DNA of 64,000 nt, taken from an uncultured Candidatus Binatia bacterium (lineage in GTDB: Bacteria > Desulfobacterota > Binatia > UBA9968 > CAXXLF01). Numbering within the stretch: the stretch's first letter is position 1; each line of letters opens with the position of its first letter. Location of the stretch: assembly GCA_965218425.1 (NCBI GenBank), contig OZ244621.1, forward strand, positions 2,016,001-2,080,000, written 5' to 3'. The notes under the pieces are model-generated. The model was not told the DNA's origin, did no database searches, and saw only the letters and a program-made list of their open reading frames with translations. The position numbers were made by a program, and so were the translations under genes. Below are positions 38,318-47,624 of the stretch, in pieces.

Positions 38318-41300
38318 TGTCAAGCGGTTTAGCCGACGGATTGGAACGCCAACGGGCCGCCACCACTTTCGACCAGAATATTGTCGTTACGGCAGGTGCC
38401 GGTACAGGAAAGACAGCCTTGCTGGTGAATCGACTGGTTCATCTCTTGATGCGCTCGCCTGACCCTGTGAAAGTGGACGAGCTTGTGGCTTTGACGTTTA
38501 CCAATAAAGCCGCCGACGAGATGAAAATCCGCTTGCGCCGGCGTCTCCGAGCCTATGGTGCCGTCAGACTTGATCAGGAACCTCTAGATACAAACCAAGC
38601 GGAGGTACATCGAGAAGTCCAGGGTTTTATGGAACGCTACCACCTGGGAAAAAAGGAGATCGACGGTCGCGCCAAGGAAGCGCTTCGTCATCTAGAGCGG
38701 AGCGAAATCGGCACTATCCATAGTTTTGCGTCTAGCCTCCTTCGACTGTACCCCCTTGAGGCGGGACTGGACCCACAGTTCGGCGAGGATGACGGGGCTG
38801 GTTTTGAAAGGCATTTTGACGAAAGCTGGAATCTCTGGCTCGACCGTGAGCTTTCTTCCCGGGGACCCCATAGGGAATCCTGGAAGGAGTTGCTGCGGAA
38901 GCTCCCTCTTGAGCGTATCCGTGAGCTGGCCTATGGATTGAGTCCGGAGACTGTGGACCTCCCTCGACTGGTCCAGCTAGTGCAGGGTCAAAAAGAACTC
39001 CAGTTGCATAGAACCTGGTTAAAAGACCTGGAACAAAAGGCCTCACGCCTCATAGAACGACATCCTGGGAATCGATCCGTTGAACAACAGGTGCGGGCTT
39101 CCAGACAAATGATTCGTGAGTTTTGCGCGCGGGGATCCGTTGGCTCCGGCGTCCTAGAGGCGGAAAGGGAACTCCTTGCCTCCGGAAAACCCATTACAGG
39201 TACAGGTCCCAAGGGTTGGAGTGAAGAGGAGGTGGAAGAGGCCAGGGGGTTGATTCGAGTGGCGCGTTGCCTGATGGGCATCGATCGGCAACTCTTGGGG
39301 CTTCTTTGTGATCTTGTGATCCCCTTTGTGGGGAGTTGCCGTGAGACTTTTGTCAGGGCCGGATTTATTTCATTCGATGGTTTGCTGGTGCGGGCAAGGC
39401 AGCTGTTGCGGCAACACCCGGAGATCCGGGAAGAGCTCAAGGGGCGGTTCAAGGCGATCTTGGTGGACGAGTTTCAAGATACGGATCCGATCCAGTGCGA
39501 GGTCCTGCTCTACCTGGCTGAAAAGAAGGGACAACAGGCTCAAGACTGGCGCAAGATCAGGCTAGAGCCGGGAAAGCTTTTTGTAGTGGGTGACCCAAAG
39601 CAGTCCATCTATGCCTTTCGGCGTGCCGACATCGAGGCCCATCTGCGCGTTGTTCGTGATGTCATACAAAAACAGAACGGCATCGAGTGTACTCTAACGA
39701 CAAGTTTTAGAAGTCATGAAGGGATTCTGGACGTGGTGAACGGCGTCTTCGCTCGTCTCATTCAAGCGCGTGAGACACTTCAGCCCCCCTATGCGTCGAT
39801 TCATCCGTTGGAGGAACCCGTGAGGGAAACAGCGGACCATCCATCGACACAGCTTCGCCATGTGGAGATGCGCAGAGTTGAAAGTGATGAGAATCTAAAC
39901 GCCGCCGCCGCGCGCCGTCTGGAGGGGGAGTCCCTCGCCCGCTGGCTTGCCGAAGAGGTTCTGGATAAAGCCGTGATCGTCCATAAGAATCAGACCCCGG
40001 TGCCGGCCAAGGCGGGACACGTGGCTATATTGATGCGCTCGCTGGTTAACGTGGACCAGTATCTGGAACCGCTGCGCAGGCGGGGAATTCCCTTTGTGGT
40101 GGAGGGTGAAAAGCACTTTTACGCCACGCAGGAAGTGATCGACATGGTGAGCCTGCTCCGTGCCATCGAAAATCCCTACGACCGACTGGCATTGGCGGGG
40201 GTGCTTCGGTCTCCACTGGGGGGACTCAACGACCGAGAGCTCTATGAACTCCACCAGCAGGGGCTCTTGGATTATCGTGCGGTGGCCTGGCCCAAGGGGC
40301 TACCCAAAAAAGGCGTTGCCTTCCGAGTCCGGGGTCTCTATCCCGTTCTTCTTCGACTCCATCGTGAGACTCGCCTGCTTTCCGTGGGAGACGCGGTAGG
40401 TGAAATCTTTGGCTCGCTGCCTGTGATGGTATTGGCCGCCAGTTCCCACCATGGGGAGCAGCGAGTAGCCAACCTAGAAAAGGTTCGTCTTCTGGCGGAG
40501 GAAATGGGACGGGAGGGACCGGCGACGTTGAAGGCGGTTATTGCCGCCTTAGAAGAGCGGGTGTCTGAGATGCAAGAGGAAAGTGAAAGCAGTCTCGTCG
40601 AAGAAGGCGTGAATGCGGTGAAGATCCTGAGCGTCCATAAGGCCAAAGGACTGGAGTTCCCGCTGGTGATCCTGGCCGGTTGCCAGGCGGGGGTGAACCG
40701 CCTGGCAAGTGAGCCCGTGGAGGTTTACCATGACTGGTCCACTGACCTGGTGGGTCTCCATGTGGATGAACTGTGGAGTCTGTCGGGGATTTTCCTTGAT
40801 GGAAAGAAAAGGCTCCGTGAACAGGAAGAGCAAAAAAGGGTATTCTATGTGGCTGCAACCCGTGCCCGCGAGCACTTGACTCTTTCCTGTGCCGCGACGA
40901 AGAGAAGGACACCCGGGAGCTTTCTATCTCTGCTGGAGGAGGCCACAGGGGAGATCCAGTCAGCCGCCGGGTCGAGAACCTTGAGTGCTGGTGCTGGCAA
41001 GATCAAGTTGCAAAGCCCACGGGAATCGCTAGAGCCGCCGGGCTCCGTTGATAGCGGGTCCAAGAACAAAGCAATGGAGTTCGACAGCGGGAGCTACGAA
41101 AAGTCGGTTCAGCAACGGCAAAAACGGTACCAGGAAACCATGGAGACCCCCCTCATTGTCAATCCCACCTTGCTCAAGAGAATGGAGCAAGACATATGGG
41201 ATCAGGACCCTCATGGCCGCAATGATCGTGGACTGAACGAGGAGGCCCTCCTCATAGGTGAGTTGGCCCACGGATTTCTTCAATGTTGGGATTTCTCCCA

Positions 41301-41778
41301 GGACCATCCGTATTCTCGTGATCACCTCTTATCTTTCCTAGACCGAAGTCTCCTTCAGCGTGGTGACCATGATCACCTGTCCGTTCAGAGGGAGCTTGAA
41401 GAGATATTTCATGTGTTTTTCAATTCCTCCGCTTACCAGGAGCTTAAAAGCTCTCACATCCTTGGACGGGAGCTTCCCCTGTTGATTCCCTGGGGGAATC
41501 AGATCATGGAGGGGGTCATGGACGTGCTCTACGAAAGAGAAGGCGAGCTCTACGTTGCAGATTACAAGACCGATCGTGTCCAGGGTCGGGATCTCACCCA
41601 GGTAGTGCATTCCTATGGCCACCAGGCCCGCATTTACAGTGAAGCCGTTCACCGCTGTATGCAGAGGGATGTAGTCGAATTTAAAATCGTTTTATTGCGA
41701 TTGGGAAAGGCAATTCCGATAAAAATAGAAACAGGGTCCTCGGTCTACGCAACACAAGAAGACAAGGAGGGAGTATGA
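38314..41778 (+). CDS. addA: AddA-like UvrD/SF1 helicase + RecB-type nuclease
   Basis: AGAGTGKT, LTFTNKAA, VDEFQDT, VGDPKQSIYAFRRA, HKAKGLEF, YVAATRA and GVMD...ADYKT. Confidence 0.9.
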   Translation: MMSSGLADGLERQRAATTFDQNIVVTAGAGTGKTALLVNRLVHLLMRSPDPVKVDELVALTFTNKAADEMKIRLRRRLRAYGAVRLDQEPLDTNQAEVHREVQGFMERYHLGKKEIDGRAKEALRHLERSEIGTIHSFASSLLRLYPLEAGLDPQFGEDDGAGFERHFDESWNLWLDRELSSRGPHRESWKELLRKLPLERIRELAYGLSPETVDLPRLVQLVQGQKELQLHRTWLKDLEQKASRLIERHPGNRSVEQQVRASRQMIREFCARGSVGSGVLEAERELLASGKPITGTGPKGWSEEEVEEARGLIRVARCLMGIDRQLLGLLCDLVIPFVGSCRETFVRAGFISFDGLLVRARQLLRQHPEIREELKGRFKAILVDEFQDTDPIQCEVLLYLAEKKGQQAQDWRKIRLEPGKLFVVGDPKQSIYAFRRADIEAHLRVVRDVIQKQNGIECTLTTSFRSHEGILDVVNGVFARLIQARETLQPPYASIHPLEEPVRETADHPSTQLRHVEMRRVESDENLNAAAARRLEGESLARWLAEEVLDKAVIVHKNQTPVPAKAGHVAILMRSLVNVDQYLEPLRRRGIPFVVEGEKHFYATQEVIDMVSLLRAIENPYDRLALAGVLRSPLGGLNDRELYELHQQGLLDYRAVAWPKGLPKKGVAFRVRGLYPVLLRLHRETRLLSVGDAVGEIFGSLPVMVLAASSHHGEQRVANLEKVRLLAEEMGREGPATLKAVIAALEERVSEMQEESESSLVEEGVNAVKILSVHKAKGLEFPLVILAGCQAGVNRLASEPVEVYHDWSTDLVGLHVDELWSLSGIFLDGKKRLREQEEQKRVFYVAATRAREHLTLSCAATKRRTPGSFLSLLEEATGEIQSAAGSRTLSAGAGKIKLQSPRESLEPPGSVDSGSKNKAMEFDSGSYEKSVQQRQKRYQETMETPLIVNPTLLKRMEQDIWDQDPHGRNDRGLNEEALLIGELAHGFLQCWDFSQDHPYSRDHLLSFLDRSLLQRGDHDHLSVQRELEEIFHVFFNSSAYQELKSSHILGRELPLLIPWGNQIMEGVMDVLYEREGELYVADYKTDRVQGRDLTQVVHSYGHQARIYSEAVHRCMQRDVVEFKIVLLRLGKAIPIKIETGSSVYATQEDKEGV

Positions 41779-42029
41779 AGCTTTCGGTTAAATCTTTGAC
41801 CATCACATCAGCCGTCCTGTGGGGAGGCGTATGTCTGTTCGTCGCCCTGCTCAACGTCATTTGGCCCGGTTATGGCAAGGCCTTTCTCGATGTCATCGGT
41901 TCCATCTATCCGGGATACGAGGTAACGGGGTCCCTAGGTAGTGTCATTGTGGGTACTCTCTACGCCACGTTGGATGGGGCCGTGGGCGGCGCCCTATTTG
42001 GCTGGATCTATAACTTCTTTGCCAATTGA
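41775..42029 (+). CDS. Small two-TM membrane protein
   Basis: Hydrophobic 84-aa ORF with SIYPGY loop, AGGAGG RBS and ATGA coupling to addA. Confidence 0.75.
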   Translation: MKLSVKSLTITSAVLWGGVCLFVALLNVIWPGYGKAFLDVIGSIYPGYEVTGSLGSVIVGTLYATLDGAVGGALFGWIYNFFAN

Positions 42030-42216
42030 AAGTTGGTTTTACAGCTAACGGCGGTAGTGTGACCGACGCCGCAAATCGATATCGGGAGCCACCCAGTTTA
42101 AGCGACATGGTCGTTCGGACTGACGGAACCGAAAGGTCCGAGCTAACGTCTTTTCAACTTCGGCGGGCCGGGGAAATTGGGTTGCCTTTTGATCCATCAA
42201 TAGTCTAAACTCGGCC

Positions 42217-42651
42217 GTGATGAACTTGCCGTTTTTGACCCGCTACAGTACAAGCCTCTGGATTCGGTTTCTCCGCTTCAACCTCCACTCCGGTAAGAAG
42301 CTCCAGGAGGATCTGGAGAAACAGGGACTCACCCCCCCGCAGTTTTATGTTCTGGCGACCATTGGCTATCTGGGAGGAGTCCCCTTTAACGAAATTGGTG
42401 CAAAAATGATGGTGACGGTGAGTAACCTGACAGGCATCGTGGACCGGCTGGAAGAAAAGGGAATCGTGGCCAGGGAGCGGGATAAACACGACCGTAGAGT
42501 GATCCACGTCAAACTTACAGAGAAGGGGAAGAAACTCTACAAGGTCTCCGTTGTTACTTTTGAAAATAGCGTGTCGAAATTCTTTTCCCCTCTAGATAGA
42601 TCCCAGCAAAAAGAGCTTTCCACCCTTTTGCGTAAATTGCTCGGCGCCTGA
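42217..42651 (+). CDS. MarR family transcriptional regulator
   Basis: GLTPPQFYVL, NLTGIVDRLEEKG and DRR...LTEKG. Confidence 0.93.
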   Translation: MMNLPFLTRYSTSLWIRFLRFNLHSGKKLQEDLEKQGLTPPQFYVLATIGYLGGVPFNEIGAKMMVTVSNLTGIVDRLEEKGIVARERDKHDRRVIHVKLTEKGKKLYKVSVVTFENSVSKFFSPLDRSQQKELSTLLRKLLGA

Positions 42652-42679
42652 GACGACTCCTGCCCATAGGTTCCCATTG

Positions 42680-42732
42680 TTGACAATTGGTTAAAGGTCA
42701 AATAGTTTATATGTGATTATTTAACACGTTAA
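42680..42732 (+). promoter_or_regulatory. Sigma70 promoter plus palindromic operator candidate for the phosphorylase operon
   Basis: TTGACA (42680)-N17-TAGTTT (42703). Palindrome TTAAC-AC-GTTAA at 42721-42732 just downstream. Confidence 0.6.
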
Positions 42733-42854
42733 CCTATGGTCAGTGAGGCATGAATCTCCTTGATCCTGTAGTGAGGGAGGCCGTTAATTGAATTCCTTCA
42801 TGACGTTGCTACGGACGTAAGTTAATAATTTTTATACTAAGACGGTATAAAAAG

Positions 42855-43592
42855 ATGCGCAAAGAACCTCATTTTACGCCGGAGAGCTTGCTCAGTCGGA
42901 TCAATTTTAAGCCTGGAAGTCTGGGAACAATGGCACTCATACCCGGTCCGAAGGAGCGGGCCAAGATGCTGCTCGAAAATCTGGAGAATCCTTGTAAGAG
43001 CTTTACTTTCTTGGATCATGAGATGCATACGGGTTCGTGCAACGGGAAACGGGTGACCGTGGGAAATGGTGGGCGCTATGCGGCTGACACGGCCATCACA
43101 ACGGAACTACTCTGTGCAGGCGGTGTTGAATCGCTCATTCGAATAGGCAGCTGTGGAGCCTTGAATAGGAATGTGAAGATTGGTGACCTTGTCATCGTGA
43201 CAGGAGCCATTCGCGGTGAAGGCACATCGCCCTATTACGTGCCGCAAAATTTTTCAACTGTCCCCCATCCGGAAATCGTCCAGGTGCTGACTGAAGCCGC
43301 CAAAGCATTTGAGGTCACGACACACCTGGGCTGGGTGTATACAACAGATGCTTTGTTTCAAGAAACTCCGGAGCTCATGGACGGATTGGAGCGGCAGGGC
43401 ATCTCTGCCATTGATATGGTTACGTCATCTTTTCTCACCGTCGCTCAAGTTCGTAACAAAAAGGCGGGTGCCATCATGGCTGTTTCCGACGAGTGTTTCA
43501 GCGGGAACTATGGATTTCGCGACCCACGTTTTATCGATGCGGAAAACAAGATGATGGATGTGGCCTTCAAGGCCATCCAACTCATGAGTTGA
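42855..43592 (+). CDS. Nucleoside phosphorylase (PNP/UDP_1, DeoD/Udp-like)
   Basis: Motifs IPGPKERA, IRIGSCGAL, AIRGEGTS, TTDALF and AVSD. Confidence 0.88.
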   Translation: MRKEPHFTPESLLSRINFKPGSLGTMALIPGPKERAKMLLENLENPCKSFTFLDHEMHTGSCNGKRVTVGNGGRYAADTAITTELLCAGGVESLIRIGSCGALNRNVKIGDLVIVTGAIRGEGTSPYYVPQNFSTVPHPEIVQVLTEAAKAFEVTTHLGWVYTTDALFQETPELMDGLERQGISAIDMVTSSFLTVAQVRNKKAGAIMAVSDECFSGNYGFRDPRFIDAENKMMDVAFKAIQLMS

Positions 43593-43598
43593 CACCCC

Positions 43599-45107
43599 AT
43601 GGAGCAAAAAAGCCCGTTGTTCGCACCGGTGATCTGGGAAGGCGATCACTTCAGGATACTGGACGAGACCCTTCTCCCTTGGGAAACACAATACGTTACG
43701 GTAAACGAGGTGAGCCAGGCCATTGGCGCCGTGAAGGAGATGAAGACGCGGGCATTTGGCCAGGTGTTAACTTTTCTTTACTCTGCCGCTTTGATGGCGC
43801 GAACCACGAAGGAACGAATCCCCGAAGAGCTTGGAGGCCGCCTCAAAGAATTAGCCAATCGATTTTCGGAAGCTCGCCCGACCTTTAACTTTAAAAGGCA
43901 TACCGTCTTCTTTGATGAGTGCTTGAAAGAATTCCCCGCTGGTGAGGAGGTGGGGACCTGGTTGGAAAACAAGATCCATGAACGGATCGCAACGATTCTT
44001 AAGGCCAGAGACGGTAGAGCGAAGAGGGTTGCCCAATTGCTACCCAGTTCCTGTCGGCTCATGACCCATTGCAATATCAGCGGTGAGCTGGTGGCCATAG
44101 GCGAGTACTGCAAAGCCATGGGAAAGGATTTTAATGTTATTGCGACGGAAACCCGACCCTATCTTCAAGGGTCCCGGCTGACCGCTTGGGAACTGGCTCA
44201 GTCCGGCATTGGCGTGAAATTGATCCCTGACTGTGCCACTGCGCAGGTCATGTCCAAAGGGGAGGTAGATGCGGTGCTTGTGGGTTCAGATCGATGCGCG
44301 CAAAACGGTGATATCGTCAATAAGGTGGGAACCTATCCCCTTGCCTTGATGGCGAAGGAATACGGTATCCCGTTTTACGCGCTGGTCCAGGATCCTGGCC
44401 ATTTACCCGCGGGTAGATATGTTTCCATTGAAGAGCGACCCGTGGCCGAGTTGCTTAACTTCCAGGGTCGTTCCATTACTCTCGAAGGGGTCCGGGGAAG
44501 ATATCCTGCCTTTGATGTAACCCCTGCGGTTCTCATCTCCTATATGATCCGTTATGACGGAGTCTACACACCCGCGAGCTTTAGGGAGAAGTTTCAGCAA
44601 GGCTCTTCAGAAGGGGGAATTGAAACGAGGGGCAAAAAGCGGCTAGTCATCGTTTACGGTGTCCCGCGCAGCGATGACTATGCCCAGCTTTCCCACACCC
44701 TCAGGGATGAACAGGCGGATGGTTTTTTAATACCCGAAATGCGCCCCCAACTTTGGGGGGCCCAGGAGGTTGCACGAGAACTCATACAACGGGGAATGTC
44801 CACCACCCTGATCTCAGATAATATGATGGGTATCTTCTTTGCCCAGAAAGAAATTCGATGTGTTTATCTCTTTTATCAAAAGCTTGATGAGATAGGACCG
44901 GTGGGAATTTGTGGATCTTTGCTGACCGCACGTCTTGCGCAGGTTCACGAAATACCCGTAAAGTTGCTCAGATCTGGAGAGACCCAACAGCGGCCATTGG
45001 ACGACACCGTGACCACTTTTGTGGGGAAACGGGTTTGCCCGGAAGGAGTATCGCCTTATCCCATTGAGAAAGAAAGGATACCCTGGGCCCTGTTAAAGAA
45101 TACTTGA
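43599..45107 (+). CDS. MtnA/eIF2B-family sugar-1-phosphate isomerase with a C-terminal duplicated domain
   Basis: ILDETLLP, ARPT, THCN, ETRPYLQGSRLTAWEL, GSDR..NGD..NKVGTY and FDVTP, plus about 160 extra residues. Confidence 0.85.
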   Translation: MEQKSPLFAPVIWEGDHFRILDETLLPWETQYVTVNEVSQAIGAVKEMKTRAFGQVLTFLYSAALMARTTKERIPEELGGRLKELANRFSEARPTFNFKRHTVFFDECLKEFPAGEEVGTWLENKIHERIATILKARDGRAKRVAQLLPSSCRLMTHCNISGELVAIGEYCKAMGKDFNVIATETRPYLQGSRLTAWELAQSGIGVKLIPDCATAQVMSKGEVDAVLVGSDRCAQNGDIVNKVGTYPLALMAKEYGIPFYALVQDPGHLPAGRYVSIEERPVAELLNFQGRSITLEGVRGRYPAFDVTPAVLISYMIRYDGVYTPASFREKFQQGSSEGGIETRGKKRLVIVYGVPRSDDYAQLSHTLRDEQADGFLIPEMRPQLWGAQEVARELIQRGMSTTLISDNMMGIFFAQKEIRCVYLFYQKLDEIGPVGICGSLLTARLAQVHEIPVKLLRSGETQQRPLDDTVTTFVGKRVCPEGVSPYPIEKERIPWALLKNT

Positions 45108-45125
45108 AGCGGGGCTATCGTATTG

Positions 45126-45716
45126 ATGAACACTATAGAGCGTGACATCATTTATTGGGGGCGAAGCCTTTATGAGCGCAAGCTCATCACCGGTTGGGGC
45201 GGCAATATCAGCCGGCGTATGGGCAAGAATCGTTTCTTAATCACAGGAAGAAATTCCCCGCTGGGGTTTTTGACGCCAAAGGACCTGGTGGAGATCAATG
45301 GAGAAGGTGCGCCGGTGAAAAAGATTCAGACACCTTCCAGCGAATCTCCCCTTCACCTGGCGGTCTACAAAGAAACGGACGCCATGGCGGTGATCCACGT
45401 CCATCCACCCACCATCGTGGTGTTTTCTCTTGCTAACGAAAGCTTCATTCCCTTGAGTTGGGAGGAGAGGTACATCCTTAAGGAAATCCCCGTTGTGCCC
45501 CAGCACACCCCTACCGTGAAGGACCCGACTCAAGTGGTGGAAGTGATACGCAACCGCCCCATCGTCATCCTGAAAGGCCACGGGACGATTGCTCGAGGAA
45601 AGGATCTTAGGGATGCCTTTCTTCTGACCGATCTACTGGAGGGCGCGATCCACTGCCAGTTTTTGAAAGACGGGATGTCCTCGGAGGAACAGGGTTCTAT
45701 TGGGAAACAAGGTTAA
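45126..45716 (+). CDS. Class II aldolase (FucA/adducin family)
   Basis: GGNIS, PSSE..LH, HVHP and LKGHG (Zn ligands). Confidence 0.9.
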   Translation: MNTIERDIIYWGRSLYERKLITGWGGNISRRMGKNRFLITGRNSPLGFLTPKDLVEINGEGAPVKKIQTPSSESPLHLAVYKETDAMAVIHVHPPTIVVFSLANESFIPLSWEERYILKEIPVVPQHTPTVKDPTQVVEVIRNRPIVILKGHGTIARGKDLRDAFLLTDLLEGAIHCQFLKDGMSSEEQGSIGKQG

Positions 45717-45734
45717 TTGAGGGAGGATTTTACC

Positions 45735-47267
45735 ATGGCGATTGATTCCAACCAAGCGGGATTTTTTGTTGGAGAAATATTAGAGCATACTGCCAAGCGA
45801 TACCCGGACAAGACCGCATTGATTGCCAAGGAGGGGGAGTTGACCTTCTCGCAGGTGAATGAGAAAGCCAGTTGGATCGCAGGTCATCTGCAGGCGGAAG
45901 GGATCAAGCCGGGCGACCGTGTCGGTTTGTTCCTGCTCAACTCCATTGCCTTTGCCCTCTGCTACTACGCGATCCAAAGGATTGGAGCGGTCTCCGTAGT
46001 CTTGGATGCACGTCTAAAGGGAAAAGAGCTTTCCGGGGTTCTGCAGGATGCCGACCTGAATCTTTGTATTACCCACCAGCGTCTCATGCCTGAGATCTCG
46101 CCCATTGTGGCGGAGCTAAAAAAGGTCCCACTATGGGCGGTTGAGGGTGAAGGAGAGCAAGCGTTTGAAAAAAGACTATCGGCGCCACCAAAGAATCTTG
46201 TGCAGACCAAGATTACTCCCGACCAAGACGCGGTGATTCTTTACACCTCGGGGACCACAGGAGAGCCCAAAGGGGTGCTGTTGAGTTACGTTAACTTGAC
46301 TCAATTCCCCTATTGTATGGGCCAGGTTTGGAAGACCGACGAGAAGACCGTCTTGGGCTGCGTCCTCCCCATGTCACATATCTCGGGTCCCATCTACTGC
46401 AATGAGATCATCGACAAGGGAAGTACCATGGTCATCTTCGACCAGATGAATCCCATGACCCTATTGGAAGGAATTCAAAAGCACCGGGTCACCTTCTTCC
46501 ATGGCATCCCTATAATCTTCCAGCTCCTCTTAGGTGTCCCCAATCTGAAATCCTATGACACCAGCAGCGTTGAGATCGTTGGCATGATGGGAATGTCGGT
46601 CCCGTTGCCGCTCATGCGTGCCTTCAAGGGCGCACAACCTCACATTAAAGCGATGCAGGGTTACGGTCTCACGGAAACTTCGCCTCTGATAACGGGCACT
46701 GAAATTCCAGACGCGGATCAAAAACTGGGCAGCATCGGTAAACCGGTTCCTGGAATTGAAGTAAGGATCATCAATGAAAAAGGTGATGACGTAGGTGAGG
46801 GAGAGGAAGGAGAGATTATTACTCGGGGTCCACATGTGATGAAAGGGTACTTCCGCAAAGCCGACGCCTCAGCGGAGAGAATACGCAAAGGGTGGCTCTA
46901 CACCGGCGATATCGCAAGGCGCGAAGGGGACGGCTATTTTTATCACCTGGGAAGAAAGGACGACATGATCATTACCGGGGGGATGAACGTCTATCCGGCC
47001 GATGTTGAGAACATATTGTATGAATTCCCACAGGTGCAGGAGGCAGTGGTTTTTCCCATTCCGGAGCCCAAGAGAGGAAACGTCATTGGAGCGGCCGTGG
47101 TGCCGCGCCAGGGACAGTCCCCAAATGCAAAAGAGATTCTTGCCTATTTGCGTTCGAATCTGGCGGCTTTTAAGGTGCCTCAAGAGGTGAAGATCCGTGA
47201 GTCCCTGCCCCGAACCTCCACCGGCAAAGTCATTCGAGATGCCTCCGTGCTGCTCTCGGACGGCTAG
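45735..47267 (+). CDS. AMP-forming acyl-CoA ligase (FadD-like)
   Basis: YTSGTTGEPKG, GYGLTE, LYTGD, GRKDDMI and PRTSTGK. GGAGG RBS. Confidence 0.93.
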   Translation: MAIDSNQAGFFVGEILEHTAKRYPDKTALIAKEGELTFSQVNEKASWIAGHLQAEGIKPGDRVGLFLLNSIAFALCYYAIQRIGAVSVVLDARLKGKELSGVLQDADLNLCITHQRLMPEISPIVAELKKVPLWAVEGEGEQAFEKRLSAPPKNLVQTKITPDQDAVILYTSGTTGEPKGVLLSYVNLTQFPYCMGQVWKTDEKTVLGCVLPMSHISGPIYCNEIIDKGSTMVIFDQMNPMTLLEGIQKHRVTFFHGIPIIFQLLLGVPNLKSYDTSSVEIVGMMGMSVPLPLMRAFKGAQPHIKAMQGYGLTETSPLITGTEIPDADQKLGSIGKPVPGIEVRIINEKGDDVGEGEEGEIITRGPHVMKGYFRKADASAERIRKGWLYTGDIARREGDGYFYHLGRKDDMIITGGMNVYPADVENILYEFPQVQEAVVFPIPEPKRGNVIGAAVVPRQGQSPNAKEILAYLRSNLAAFKVPQEVKIRESLPRTSTGKVIRDASVLLSDG

Positions 47268-47424
47268 GGGCGTTCAGTTGCTTCGAAGGGACTTGATGAG
47301 CCGAAGGAGAGACTTTTCGTGTAACCAAATTGGGTCATGGTAGAACGGAGTCGGATAGATAATGCTGTCTATCTATATGGATGCCCCGCGAACGTATACA
47401 CGAGTCGGCTCGATGGCTGGTTAC

Positions 47425-47511
47425 CTACAGCTCTGGGACGGCTCTGGCAGCATGCCAGACTCTGGTAATTTCAATTATCTGTTCTTCGGGCTTGATTCTG
47501 TACACGATTCG
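47425..47511 (-). pseudogene. C-terminal fragment of a RelE/ParE toxin
   Basis: Manual translation RIVYRIKPEEQIIEITRVWHAARAVPEL*; an in-frame stop lies just upstream. Confidence 0.65.
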
Positions 47512-47624
47512 ACTTTACCATTTCGCGGTCGCACGGCAAGACACAGGATGTCCACCGGCTCCTCAGTCGCCGCCGTTCTATCCAGGGTATTCCAATGCCG
47601 TGGGGTGAGTTTCTCGCACGGGGT

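Noticed and set aside
42113..42145. Hammerhead-like CTGACGGA-ACC-GAAA-GGT segment (also TTGATGAGCCGAAGG near 47293)
   Set aside because: Neither matches the CUGANGA core followed by GAAA after stem II.
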